Positions 52,303 to 62,807 of a stretch of DNA of 64,000 nt are shown here, piece after piece. The stretch spans positions 195,897-259,896 of the forward strand of contig JAHECO010000001.1 in NCBI GenBank assembly GCA_024641705.1, given 5' to 3'. Source of the DNA: Candidatus Kryptoniota bacterium (GTDB lineage: Bacteria > Bacteroidota > Ignavibacteria > Kryptoniales > JAKASW01). Every line of letters starts with the position of its first letter. Position 1 is the stretch's first letter. Under the pieces are notes generated by a model that was not told the origin of the DNA, ran no database searches, and saw only the letters and a program-made list of their open reading frames with translations. A program made the position numbers and the translations under genes.

Positions 52303-52659
52303 TCTGTCTCCTTTTTCTTCTGTATGAATCATCCGGCGTGCCGGAGCTTTTCCGGCGTTTCGGGACTGAAATCGCGATATGCCGCCGGCGTCCCGCGCAC
52401 GGAATGCTTCGGGGGGTGCAAGGATTGCGTGATGCGGCCGCTGTCGGTGCCCGGACGGCACTCAGCTGCCCACGCCCCTCCGGTTTGCCGGGCGAAGATC
52501 GGCATTAAACGGGACTCATGCAGCTTTTTTCTCCGCCGCCCTCTGGAAAGTCAGTGCGCGCGAAATTATATTTTAAATTCAATCTGTCAGGTATTCCACA
52601 AATACTCTTTCAGCACTGAATCAACCACCATATACAAACACCATCTTTGAGATCTAGGA

Positions 52660-53910
52660 ATGAATGTGATGCGCAAGTTTTTACCCCTACTTCTTCTCTG
52701 CTTCATTATCCCGCAACCATCCGCCCAAGCCGACAATGACATAGTCAACTCGAACGCGACGGGGCCCAACGTCTTTATAGATTGCCATATTTGCGATTTT
52801 AATTACATCAGGACTCACGTCAGGTTTGTCAACTACGTTCGCAACCGCGACGAAGCCCAGGTGCAGGTGCTCATAACCGCAATGCCGACCGGGAGCGGCG
52901 GAAGGCAATATACCCTGATATTTCTCGGCCTGAAAAATTTCCAGGGGATGAACGATACTCTCACATATGTCTCTACACCCTCCGAGAGCTGGGACATGAT
53001 CCGCACCGGAGTCTCGAACACGCTGGGACTCGGGCTCGTGCGCTATGCCGACCAGACGCCCGTCGCGAAGTATCTCTCGATTGGAGTCTCGAAGCCCGAT
53101 TCATCGGATGCCTTGAAGGATAAGTGGAACTACTGGGTCTTCACGCTCGGTGTAAACGGCCACCTCAGCGGCCAGTCCCTGACAAGCCAGAACTCCTGGG
53201 CCGGCCGCCTGTCTGCAGGGCGGACTACCGCCGACTCGAAGTTCCTGGTGTCGGCCGGGATGGGATACAGCGAGAGTCACTACGTTACCAACGACCAGGA
53301 TGTCATCGCGATCTCGCGCCGCGACGACCTGAAAGGGATGGGAGCGCTCAGCCTCGACGGCCACTGGTCGGCCGGGGGAATCTTCTCCGCCTATTCATCG
53401 ACGTATGACAACAAGATGGCGGATGTTTCGTTGTCGCCGGAAATAGAATACGACATCTTCCCTTACTCACAGTCGACGATGAGGCAGCTCCGGTTGCGGT
53501 ACCAACTGGGATACGACCACACGCGGTATTATGCGGAGACGATTTTCGGCAAGTATTCGGACGACCTTGCCAGCGAAGGTCTGTCGGTCATACTGAACCT
53601 CACCCAGCCGTGGGGTTCCATCAACGCCTCGCTCCACGGCGCCAACTACTTCTACGATTTGTCCAAAAACCACGTGCAGCTCTACACACAGGTGTCGTTG
53701 TCGCTGTCGCAGGGGCTGTCGCTGAACTTGTCCGGAGCGGTATCGATGATCCACGATCAGCTGTCGCTGCCCCAGACGGAGGCCACAACGGATCAAATAC
53801 TGCTGCAGCAGACCGAGCTCGCGACGCAGTATTCTTATTGGACTTCGTTCGGGGTGAGTTACACCTTCGGGTCGATATACAACAACATCGTCAACCCGCG
53901 GCTCTGGTAG
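52660..53910 (+). CDS. Predicted outer-membrane beta-barrel protein
   Basis: Signal peptide ...IIPQPSAQA, alternating-hydrophobic strand pattern, aromatic C-terminus (..NPRLW). Confidence 0.5.
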   Translation: MNVMRKFLPLLLLCFIIPQPSAQADNDIVNSNATGPNVFIDCHICDFNYIRTHVRFVNYVRNRDEAQVQVLITAMPTGSGGRQYTLIFLGLKNFQGMNDTLTYVSTPSESWDMIRTGVSNTLGLGLVRYADQTPVAKYLSIGVSKPDSSDALKDKWNYWVFTLGVNGHLSGQSLTSQNSWAGRLSAGRTTADSKFLVSAGMGYSESHYVTNDQDVIAISRRDDLKGMGALSLDGHWSAGGIFSAYSSTYDNKMADVSLSPEIEYDIFPYSQSTMRQLRLRYQLGYDHTRYYAETIFGKYSDDLASEGLSVILNLTQPWGSINASLHGANYFYDLSKNHVQLYTQVSLSLSQGLSLNLSGAVSMIHDQLSLPQTEATTDQILLQQTELATQYSYWTSFGVSYTFGSIYNNIVNPRLW

Positions 53911-54059
53911 GGAGAAATTTACGGACGGGTTTGAGAGGCTTGAGCCGTTGCTGCCCTAGCAGCACCTCGGCCCTTCGCTGTGATCGGAGAAAACCCCTTT
54001 CAGGAAATCCTTAATCGCGTGTAAAAAGCGCATGAGCGCGGATGTGATTGCCACCATCG

Positions 54060-55160
54060 TCATCTTGCCTCCACCTTCACTCCTTCCATCATCCTGATGA
54101 AATCGTCGAAGAGATAATCGCTGTCGTGCGGCCCTGGAGACGCTTCGGGGTGGTATTGGACGCAGAACAGGGGAAGGCTCTTGTGCCTGAAGCCTTCGAG
54201 TATGTTGTCGTTCAGGTCAATGTGAGTTACTTCGTAATCTGACGGCAGGCTGTCGGGGTCGACGGCAAAGCCGTGGTTATGTGAAGTCACCTCGACAGTT
54301 TCGTTCAGCAGGTGCTTCACGGGGTGGTTCGCGCCGCGATGGCCGAACTTCATCTTGAAGGTCTTCGCTCCCGCGGCCAGGGCGAGTATCTGGTGACCGA
54401 GGCAGATCCCGAAGATCGGCTTCTTCCCGATGAGGCTCCTGACGTTCTCTATGCCGTACGTCACCGCAGCCGGGTCGCCGGGTCCGTTCGAGAGGAAGAC
54501 GCCATCCGGGTTGAGCTTCAAAACCTCGTCGGCAGGGAAAGAGGCGGGGACGACCGTGACGTCGCATCCGCGCTCGTACAGCTTGCGGAGTATGTTCGTC
54601 TTTATGCCGTAGTCGTAAGCGACGACCCGGAACTTGAAGTCCGATTTGCCATTCTTCGAAAAACTGTACTGAGACTTCGTAGTGACGACCTTCGCAAGGT
54701 CAAGACCGGACATCGACGGGAACGCGTTGGCTTTCTTCACGAGCGAAGCGTCGTCAAGATCAGTCGTGGAGATCACCGCGTTCATCGCGCCGACATCCCT
54801 GATTATCCTCGTGAGTTTCCGCGTGTCGATGCCCTCTATCCCGACGATACCGTTGCGCTTCAGGTAGTCGCCCAGGCTTTCCGACGCGCGGAAGTTGCTG
54901 TAGAACTTGCTGTATTCTCTCACCACGAATCCCGCGACTTGCGGCTTTGACGACTCGACATCCTCGGGGTTTATGCCGTAATTCCCGATATGCGGGTATG
55001 TCATCGTGACGATCTGTCCGCAATAGGAAGGGTCGGTCAGGATCTCCTGGTAACCGATCATGCTTGTATTGAATACGACTTCGCCGGCGGTTTCGCCTTC
55101 CGCACCGAACGATTCTCCGGTGAAGACCGTGCCGTTGGCGAGTGCCAGTTTTGCTTTCAA
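54060..55160 (-). CDS. carA: Carbamoyl-phosphate synthase small (glutaminase) subunit
   Basis: GE.VFNT.M.GYQE.LTDPSY.GQI...TYP.IGNYG and the GATase triad region GICLGHQ, ..H.G.NHPV. Confidence 0.95.
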   Translation of the reverse strand: MKAKLALANGTVFTGESFGAEGETAGEVVFNTSMIGYQEILTDPSYCGQIVTMTYPHIGNYGINPEDVESSKPQVAGFVVREYSKFYSNFRASESLGDYLKRNGIVGIEGIDTRKLTRIIRDVGAMNAVISTTDLDDASLVKKANAFPSMSGLDLAKVVTTKSQYSFSKNGKSDFKFRVVAYDYGIKTNILRKLYERGCDVTVVPASFPADEVLKLNPDGVFLSNGPGDPAAVTYGIENVRSLIGKKPIFGICLGHQILALAAGAKTFKMKFGHRGANHPVKHLLNETVEVTSHNHGFAVDPDSLPSDYEVTHIDLNDNILEGFRHKSLPLFCVQYHPEASPGPHDSDYLFDDFIRMMEGVKVEAR

Positions 55161-55415
55161 ATGTGCTCCAAATTCTTGCGTTAAAATTTAATAACCACGG
55201 CGTTCCTATCCAATTTGCGCCGCCGCAAAAGATTCGGGGACGGACGAGCCGTGCCGGCTAAGCCTTTACGTGATCGCGCTGCCCAGCGGATTTTCCCGCT
55301 TTGCTCATGTATTCCCGGTTGCGATTGCGCGGAAGCAGCTCACAGGATGGTTGCGGTCCTCTTTACAATGTCAGATTATCTGTGCCCCGGTCGGCTGCCT
55401 TTCTTGCTTCTGTGA

Positions 55416-55826
<411 letters not shown>

Positions 55827-55865
55827 CAATATCAGCGTTCAGCGGTCAGCTATCGGCTGCGAGAT

Positions 55866-56768
55866 ATGAGCTATCGCTCCGGCTACGTCGCGCTGATCGG
55901 TGAACCAAACGTCGGCAAGTCCACACTCCTAAATGCCCTACTGGGGCAGAAGCTTTCGATCGTCACACCAAAACCTCAGACTACTCGCCACAAGATTGCC
56001 GGCATACTTACCGGCGAGAACTACCAGGTCGTATTCCTCGATACCCCCGGGCTGATCAAGCCGAAATACGCTTTGCAGGAAGTAATGATGTCGTTCGCGG
56101 GGGATGCCATCGAAGAGGCGGATATAGTCGTGTTCCTGACGGACGCGAGCGACAGCGGAGCCGCCGGCTCGGTGAGAAACTCGCCTGCGATCGCGCGACT
56201 TTCCGAAAAGAAGGACACGAAGCCCGTCTTCATGGTGATCAACAAGATCGACCTCGTGAAGAAAGCCCAGGTGCTCCCTCTCATACAGGCGTTCAGCGAG
56301 ATCTACCCGTTCAAGGAAATCGTACCGGTGTCTGCGCTGAAGGAGGAGAACATCGGCGATCTGAAGAAGACAATCGTGAAATATCTCCCGGAAGGGAACG
56401 CATTTTACCCGGAGGATTACGTCAGCGACAGGGACGAGCGATTCTTCGTCAGCGAGCTGATACGCGAAGAGATATTCAAGGTTTTCAAGGAAGAGGTGCC
56501 GTACGCCACTACCGTTGAAATTGAAGAATTCAGGGACAGCGATAGTGAACGAAAGACGTATATTCGCGCGGTCGTCTACGTAGAGAGGGATTCGCAAAAG
56601 GGAATAATCATCGGGAAAAAGGGGGCGGCGCTGAAGCAGGTCGGGCAGAACGCGAGGAGACAGATCGAGGAGATGATCGGTCACGAGGTGTTCCTCGAAT
56701 TGTTCGTGAAGGTCGAGAAGGAGTGGCGGGACGACAAAGGGAAGATTAAGAGACTGGGGTATAGGTGA
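55866..56768 (+). CDS. era: GTPase Era
   Basis: G1 GEPNVGKST, DTPG, NKID and a C-terminal KH domain (IIIGKKG..LK.VG..AR..IE). Confidence 0.95.
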   Translation: MSYRSGYVALIGEPNVGKSTLLNALLGQKLSIVTPKPQTTRHKIAGILTGENYQVVFLDTPGLIKPKYALQEVMMSFAGDAIEEADIVVFLTDASDSGAAGSVRNSPAIARLSEKKDTKPVFMVINKIDLVKKAQVLPLIQAFSEIYPFKEIVPVSALKEENIGDLKKTIVKYLPEGNAFYPEDYVSDRDERFFVSELIREEIFKVFKEEVPYATTVEIEEFRDSDSERKTYIRAVVYVERDSQKGIIIGKKGAALKQVGQNARRQIEEMIGHEVFLELFVKVEKEWRDDKGKIKRLGYR

Positions 56769-56907
56769 AGCAAGTCAAAAGTAAGAAGTCAATGGTCAAG
56801 AGTTAAGTACGGTGGCGGGTGGTTAAGAATGGGGACTGTTGGGAGGGACGAAAAACTCACGGAAAGGTGCCGCCAGGCTTTGAGGTTACTCAAGGGAGTG
56901 TGAATCT

Positions 56908-57378
56908 ATGGATGAAGTGAGAAGAATTTCAGAATTGTTGAGGGAGACCTACGAAGGGAATCCCTGGCATGGGTCATCGCTGAAGTCTATCATCTCCGGC
57001 GTAACGGGGAAGGTCGCGTCGACGAGAGTAACGGGAAGCTCTCACACTATCTGGGAGGATGTCAACCATATCAGGGCCTGGATGGAGATAGCGCGCCGCC
57101 GTCTCCTTGGAGAGGTGGTTGAACCGACCGACGAGCAGGATTGGCCGCCCGTGGAGCAAGTGAGGGAACCGGCATGGGAGGGAACCGTGAAGCTGATGGA
57201 CGTCGCTTTCAAGAACCTCATGACCACGATATCGAAGTTCCAACTGCACGATTTGGAACGAACTGTCGCGGGTAAAGACTACGACGCCTATACTCTGCTT
57301 CACGGGGTTATCAACCACAACGTTTACCATTCAGGCCAGATATCCCTTCTCAAGAAGGAGCTGACAAAGCGCGGCTGA
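56908..57378 (+). CDS. DinB-family metalloprotein
   Basis: NPWHG.SL...., H.IWE...H and ...H..YH.GQI His-triad pattern. Confidence 0.7.
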   Translation: MDEVRRISELLRETYEGNPWHGSSLKSIISGVTGKVASTRVTGSSHTIWEDVNHIRAWMEIARRRLLGEVVEPTDEQDWPPVEQVREPAWEGTVKLMDVAFKNLMTTISKFQLHDLERTVAGKDYDAYTLLHGVINHNVYHSGQISLLKKELTKRG

Positions 57379-57476
57379 GAAGCTGCTGAAGTTTCCCGAT
57401 ACGTCCCACTTTCCGCGCCTTGCATCGCAAATCCTGTAATTATTATTATGATAGTTGAAGAAAACAGGAGTATTAA

Positions 57477-58754
57477 ATGGCAGATATCCAACCATTCAAA
57501 GCTATTCATTACAACACAAGTGTAATCGGCGACCTCTCGAAAGTCGTCGCTCCACCCTATGATGTCATAAGCAAAGAGCAGCAGGAAGAATTTTACAAAA
57601 GAGGTCCGAACAACATTATAAGGCTCGACCTGAACCACGATCCCGATCCGTATCCGTCGGCCGCTGCGGAAATGAAAAGGATGATGAACGAGAAGGCGCT
57701 GGTTCAAGATGCCGAAGCCGCGATTTATCCTTGTTTCCAGACTTTCAAAACCCAGGACGGAGCCACGGTTACGCGGCGCGGCTTCATATCTTGGATCAAG
57801 CTGGAGCCGTTCGAAGCCGGCGTCGTCCTTCCTCACGAGCACACGCTTTCAGGACCGAAGATGGACAGGCTGAAACTCATGACCGCGACGAAGGCGTCGT
57901 TCAGTCAGATATTCAGCGTGTACGGCGACCAGGGCAAAACGCTCGAGAAAGAGTACGGCAAGCTCGCAAATGCTAAGCCGTTTCTCGAAGCGGACCAGGA
58001 CGGTGTCAACAACCGGGTTTACAGGATCACCGACCCGGCAACGGTCAAGGTGTTTCAGGACTTGCTGAAGAAGATTCCGGTCTACATTGCCGACGGACAC
58101 CACAGGTACGAGACTGCGCTCGAATACCAGCGCATCATGAAGGAGAAGAACGCAAAGCATACCGGCAAGGAAGCCTACAACTATATAATGATGTACTTCA
58201 CCAACATCTTCGACTCGGGGCTCGTCGTGTATCCGACTCACAGGATACTCCACAGCCTTGCGGCGTTCGACGGGAACAAGCTGATCGAGTCGGTGAAGAA
58301 ACATTTTGACTTTTCCACAAAACCGGACGTCGACTCGCTGGCATCATCGTTGCTTGCCGCCGGCTCGCATTCATACGGGATGATTCTCCCGGAGAAGAAG
58401 TATTATCTCATGAAGTTGAAACCCGGGTCAGACGTGTTGTCGATCGTTAAGGAGAATGTCCCGCCTCCGGTGAAGAGACTGGATGTGACACTCCTTCACG
58501 ACTACGTGCTGACTCAGACGCTCGGCATCTCGAAAGAGGCGCAGGAAAAGAAGCTGAACATCAACTACACGATCGACAGGCACGAGGTGGACAAGGCTGT
58601 TCAAGGAGGGAAGGGACAGCTCGGTTTTATCCTCAATTCGACTAAAGTCGAACAGGTAAAAGAAGTTGCCGATGCCGGCGCGGTCATGCCGCAGAAGTCG
58701 ACATACTTCTACCCGAAGCTCCTGTCGGGGTTGTTGTCGAGCAGTCTGGAGTAA
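57477..58754 (+). CDS. DUF1015-family protein
   Basis: N-terminus I.PFKAI.YN.........V.APPYDVIS and ADGHHRYETA. Confidence 0.8.
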   Translation: MADIQPFKAIHYNTSVIGDLSKVVAPPYDVISKEQQEEFYKRGPNNIIRLDLNHDPDPYPSAAAEMKRMMNEKALVQDAEAAIYPCFQTFKTQDGATVTRRGFISWIKLEPFEAGVVLPHEHTLSGPKMDRLKLMTATKASFSQIFSVYGDQGKTLEKEYGKLANAKPFLEADQDGVNNRVYRITDPATVKVFQDLLKKIPVYIADGHHRYETALEYQRIMKEKNAKHTGKEAYNYIMMYFTNIFDSGLVVYPTHRILHSLAAFDGNKLIESVKKHFDFSTKPDVDSLASSLLAAGSHSYGMILPEKKYYLMKLKPGSDVLSIVKENVPPPVKRLDVTLLHDYVLTQTLGISKEAQEKKLNINYTIDRHEVDKAVQGGKGQLGFILNSTKVEQVKEVADAGAVMPQKSTYFYPKLLSGLLSSSLE

Positions 58755-58840
58755 GCATGGGCCCGACCTTGCGAAGGGTTCCGGCTCCTCCGAGTTCCTT
58801 CGGGGTTTCGATATCCCAACTTTTGCAAAGCTTGAGACGA

Positions 58841-60154
58841 CTACCTGATTACCAGGTTTAAAGCCTGAAAATTCGTCCCGGTTACGGACGAGTTGCCCGT
58901 ATACTCGCTGTAATCGTACTGCAGATCTACGTGGTCGACTATGAACGAGCAAATTCCCGGATGGTCGATGTCAACCAGTTTGTAGACCGCCAGGATTCTG
59001 ACCAGCCCGTTGAGCCTGAGGGCGTATCCAAGGGTTTTGTAACCTGTTACCCCCGGACTTGTAGACGATCCGCCGCGTACGTAGAGGAACTCCGCCAGCT
59101 GGAACTGCCAGCCCCTGTGCATATCGACATTCCCGTTGCTCCGGCCGAATATCAGGTTATCGATCGGAGAGATGTCTCCGAGACCGCCTTTGTACGAGAA
59201 GACATTAGAAAAGGCGTTGATCGTATCTCCGAGTCCAACCGGGGTCACGGGTTGCTGGGAAACCGAGACGAGGTTGTCTTCAGCTTCTCTTGCCCACGTG
59301 AAAGAAATCAAGGTCCATGATCTGCCCTCAACCTGTGACTTCACTCCGAAAACTGCGCTCAATCCGAGGACTGCCTGCCGAGGGAAAGGCTGAGTCTGTG
59401 CGGGCTCTAAATAGTAGATCCCATCTCCCATGTTCCGTCTGACATATGCCGCTGTCAGATTGACCACAGGAAAGATAGCCTCCCCGAACTTGATTTCGCG
59501 CCGCGCCAATCCGGCCATGACATCGGCAACGGGCAGATCCACCGTTATCCCATAGTCATACGCAAAGGCTTTCCCTTCGGCATTCGAAATCGCTTGCGCG
59601 GATGGATCAAGGGTTGACAGCTTCGAATCAACCCATTTGAAATTGCAGCCTATGCCCAGCTTCACCCAATAGTCCAGGCCGATCGCCAAGGTCAGGTTTT
59701 GCACGCTTTGCGTGGCGTGCCACAGCGAGGTAACGGCAGGGCCACTTATAGGCGTCATTTCGAACTGAGGGAGTTTCATCTGCGCCGTAGAAAACCCGAC
59801 ACCCAAGCCGACTGGTATCGGTAAACTGATAAAGCTCTTTAGGTTGACCCCCGCATTGACAGCTCCGGCATAGAGCGAATTGTCGGTGGCGGAGCTCGGT
59901 GACCATCCAGTACTGGCGAGATACGTGCTCGCATTGAAACGCTTCTCCAGACTGAACATCCCCAACTGTGCCGGGTTTGCCATCGTCGCCAAAGCGTTAT
60001 TCGAAATAACAGATGCCGATACTCCTCCCATGCCGTTTGCCTCGGCTGAAACAGGAGTCGTCATTACGGGCACTGTACTTATTTCCTGGCTGCGGGCCGT
60101 GCCGAACGATGTCACGAGAGCTGCCAGACAGAGAGCCGCAAAGTTCTTCTTCAT
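58841..60154 (-). CDS. PorV/PorQ-like outer-membrane beta-barrel protein (copy 1)
   Basis: Signal peptide MKKNFAALCLAALVTSFGTA. The A.ANGMGGV.A........A...NPAQLG pattern resembles the PorV N-terminus; start at ATG 60154 after GAGGT. Confidence 0.55.
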   Translation of the reverse strand: MKKNFAALCLAALVTSFGTARSQEISTVPVMTTPVSAEANGMGGVSASVISNNALATMANPAQLGMFSLEKRFNASTYLASTGWSPSSATDNSLYAGAVNAGVNLKSFISLPIPVGLGVGFSTAQMKLPQFEMTPISGPAVTSLWHATQSVQNLTLAIGLDYWVKLGIGCNFKWVDSKLSTLDPSAQAISNAEGKAFAYDYGITVDLPVADVMAGLARREIKFGEAIFPVVNLTAAYVRRNMGDGIYYLEPAQTQPFPRQAVLGLSAVFGVKSQVEGRSWTLISFTWAREAEDNLVSVSQQPVTPVGLGDTINAFSNVFSYKGGLGDISPIDNLIFGRSNGNVDMHRGWQFQLAEFLYVRGGSSTSPGVTGYKTLGYALRLNGLVRILAVYKLVDIDHPGICSFIVDHVDLQYDYSEYTGNSSVTGTNFQALNLVIR

Positions 60155-60181
60155 TATTATATGTACCTCGCCGGACCTCAA

Positions 60182-61483
60182 TTACTTGAAGACTATATTT
60201 ATCGAACTAAACCTGGTCCCGTTGATAAAGCCGTTCCGGCTGCTCGTGTAGACACTCGTACTGTACTGCAGGTCAAAATGGCTGAGGAAATAGGCTCCCC
60301 AGCCGTGCCTTGGATTCCAGACTCCCAGTGAGGCCAGTATCTTAAGAAAGCCGTTGAGATGAAAGCTCTCGCCGTGGGTCTGGTACAGTAGAGTGCCGAC
60401 GTCGGTGTTTGACCCACCACGAATGTAGAGGCATTCCGCGACCTGAATCTGCCACCCTTTTTGAAGTGCGATCTCCCCGTATGTCTTTCCGAGCAGAAGA
60501 TTGTCGATGGGGCGGATGCTTCCGAGGCCGCCTTTGTAAGAGATAAGATTGGTGTACATCGTATCGCCCGGCGCCGGGACAGTCTCGATCGTCTTCAGCG
60601 ACACAAGGACGTCCTCAGCCTCCCGCGCCCATGTAAACGTGAGGAGCTTCCACGGGCGGTGGTTCACTTCAGACATCAGCCCGGCTTCGAAATTCCATCC
60701 GAGCACACCCTGCCTCGGGAGTGGGTCGGACTGTATTTGCATGCCGTAACTGACGCCGCCACCGACATTTCTTTCGGCGTAACCGAATGTCAAATCGAAT
60801 AGAGGGGCGAGTTCGTCGTTGAATGCAACCGGTGCTTTCTGCAATTTTGAGACGACGTCGATAAGAGGGACCTGTAATATCGCGCCGAAATCATGCGCCG
60901 GAACTTTCGCGATCCCTGTACCAGCTTCTTGTCCCGTCCCGAAAGGCCCGAGCTCCGAGTCGATCCATTTGAAACTGTAACCGAGTCCGAACTTGACTAC
61001 ATAATCGATCCCAATTCCTACAGTCAGCAAGTCTGATTTCTCATGGGCGTTCCATGTCCCTATCACCGTGCCGTCCGGAGTGACGCGGGTGAATTCCCCG
61101 AGATCGAAGTAGACCTGTGAATAGCCGACACCGACGCTGATGGGGACCGGGAGGTTGAAATGCCTGTTGAGCTTCAACCCCGCGCTCAATGCCGTCGCAT
61201 CAAGGCTCAAGCCGCTTGCGAAGCCAGGAAGCCAGTCGGTCTTGGGAGAATAAGTGCTTAAGCTCAGTGAATTACTGAGGCCGAATACTCCAAGCTGTGC
61301 CGGGTTGGAAAAATTCGAAATCGCATCGTCCGTTATCAGTGAAGCGGCTACCCCTCCCATCCCGTTTCCCTCAACAGAAGTCGGTATCATAAGGAACGGG
61401 ACCCCCGTTTCTCCTTGTCCGTAACCTCTCGCCGAAACCATGAAAATAAACGCTAAAACAAGTGCCTTTGTCCTGTTACCCAT
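60182..61483 (-). CDS. PorV/PorQ-like outer-membrane beta-barrel protein (copy 2, tandem paralog)
   Basis: Signal peptide MGNRTKALVLAFIFMVSA. EGNGMGGVAASLITDDAISNFSNPAQLG; collinear with copy 1 along the whole length. Confidence 0.55.
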   Translation of the reverse strand: MGNRTKALVLAFIFMVSARGYGQGETGVPFLMIPTSVEGNGMGGVAASLITDDAISNFSNPAQLGVFGLSNSLSLSTYSPKTDWLPGFASGLSLDATALSAGLKLNRHFNLPVPISVGVGYSQVYFDLGEFTRVTPDGTVIGTWNAHEKSDLLTVGIGIDYVVKFGLGYSFKWIDSELGPFGTGQEAGTGIAKVPAHDFGAILQVPLIDVVSKLQKAPVAFNDELAPLFDLTFGYAERNVGGGVSYGMQIQSDPLPRQGVLGWNFEAGLMSEVNHRPWKLLTFTWAREAEDVLVSLKTIETVPAPGDTMYTNLISYKGGLGSIRPIDNLLLGKTYGEIALQKGWQIQVAECLYIRGGSNTDVGTLLYQTHGESFHLNGFLKILASLGVWNPRHGWGAYFLSHFDLQYSTSVYTSSRNGFINGTRFSSINIVFK

Positions 61484-61641
61484 TATGCGCCCTATCCTCT
61501 TTCGTCTTGACTGAACATAGAAATGGACATCAATCATGTCAAGACATGGCCTGGTCTCCGTTCTTGCGGTCGGCAGAGGGGAGGCCTGAATCTGAGCGAT
61601 TCGTGGTAATTATCTCCTTCAAGTTGGTTATCTTGTAAAGG

Positions 61642-62727
61642 ATGAGAGTTACACCCGACAAGCTGGCTGAATTCAGGGCGGAAGTGCCGCTTGCTGAGTT
61701 CACGACGATACGCCTTGGAGGAAACGCTCAGTATTTCATCATTTGCAGGACGCTTGATGAGATACTTTCAGCGGTAAATTTCTTCCAGACTACCGGCTTT
61801 TCAGTCTTTATTCTTGGCGGCGGGAGCAATGTGGTTTTCCCCGACAACGGTTTCCGCGGTCTCGTGCTCAAGGTCGACCTGAGAGGCCTCCGTTTCGATG
61901 AGAGGGGGGATTCGGTCGTCGTTTCGGCGAAGGCGGGCGAGACGTGGGACGATGTGGTGAGGCTCTCAGTAGAGAAGGGACTCGCCGGGATAGAATGCCT
62001 CTCCGGCATTCCCAGTTCGGTTGGCGCGACGCCTATCCAGAACGTCGGCGCGTACGGGCAGGAAGTGAAGGATACCATCCTCGCGGTCAAGGCCCTCGAC
62101 AGGAAATCGCTCGAGCTTGTCGAGTTCAGCGCCGCCGATTGCAGGTTCGGCTATCGTACGAGCCGGTTCAAATCGGAAGACAGGAATCGGTTCGTGATCG
62201 TGGAGGTAAGCTACAGGCTCGTCAGGTCGGGAGAGCCGACTCTGAAGTACGCCGAGCTGAAGGAGTACCTCGGCCCGAAAGTCCACATGGATGCGGGCGA
62301 GCCTGCGGAACGAAGGCTCGGATCGGTTAGGGACGCCGTTCTGGCGCTTCGGAGGAAGAAGTCGATGGTCATAGATCCGGCAGACCCCAATTCCCGTTCA
62401 GTCGGCTCGTTCTTCGTCAACCCGGTTCTGACGGAGGAACAGTACGAGGACTTTCTCGAGAAGCTGAAGAAGTACGGCATCGGACCGGCGCCGACTTACA
62501 AGAGCGGCGAAGGTACGAAGGTACCTGCCGCATGGCTCGTAGAGCACGCCGGCTTTCGCAAAGGGCAGCGAAGAGGCGGCGTCGGAATTTCAACCAATCA
62601 TGCGCTTGCTCTGGTGAATTATTCCGGGAGAACAAAAGAACTGCTTACCCTTGCGTCTGAAATCGAAGATGCGATCGCGGACAAATTCGGGATCAAATTG
62701 GAGAGGGAAGCGGTTATAATCGAGTAG
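61642..62727 (+). CDS. murB: UDP-N-acetylenolpyruvoylglucosamine reductase
   Basis: FTTIRLGG.A......, ILGGGSN.VF.D.GF.G.V, GIPSSVGA.PIQNVGAYG, SVGSFF.NP, K.PAAWL.E.AGF.KG. Confidence 0.9.
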   Translation: MRVTPDKLAEFRAEVPLAEFTTIRLGGNAQYFIICRTLDEILSAVNFFQTTGFSVFILGGGSNVVFPDNGFRGLVLKVDLRGLRFDERGDSVVVSAKAGETWDDVVRLSVEKGLAGIECLSGIPSSVGATPIQNVGAYGQEVKDTILAVKALDRKSLELVEFSAADCRFGYRTSRFKSEDRNRFVIVEVSYRLVRSGEPTLKYAELKEYLGPKVHMDAGEPAERRLGSVRDAVLALRRKKSMVIDPADPNSRSVGSFFVNPVLTEEQYEDFLEKLKKYGIGPAPTYKSGEGTKVPAAWLVEHAGFRKGQRRGGVGISTNHALALVNYSGRTKELLTLASEIEDAIADKFGIKLEREAVIIE

Positions 62728-62807
62728 GACGGGCGCAATGTCCGCCGCACTCACCGAGCAGGCAAAGAAATCTAACTTTTAGTAACAAAGGAAACGGTGA
62801 AAGAAAG

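Noticed and set aside
56769-56907. Short direct repeats AAGTCAA / GTCAAG after era, considered as a CRISPR or tandem repeat
   Set aside because: The repeats are only 6-7 nt and occur 2-3 times without regular spacing. This is too short and irregular for any repeat-class call.
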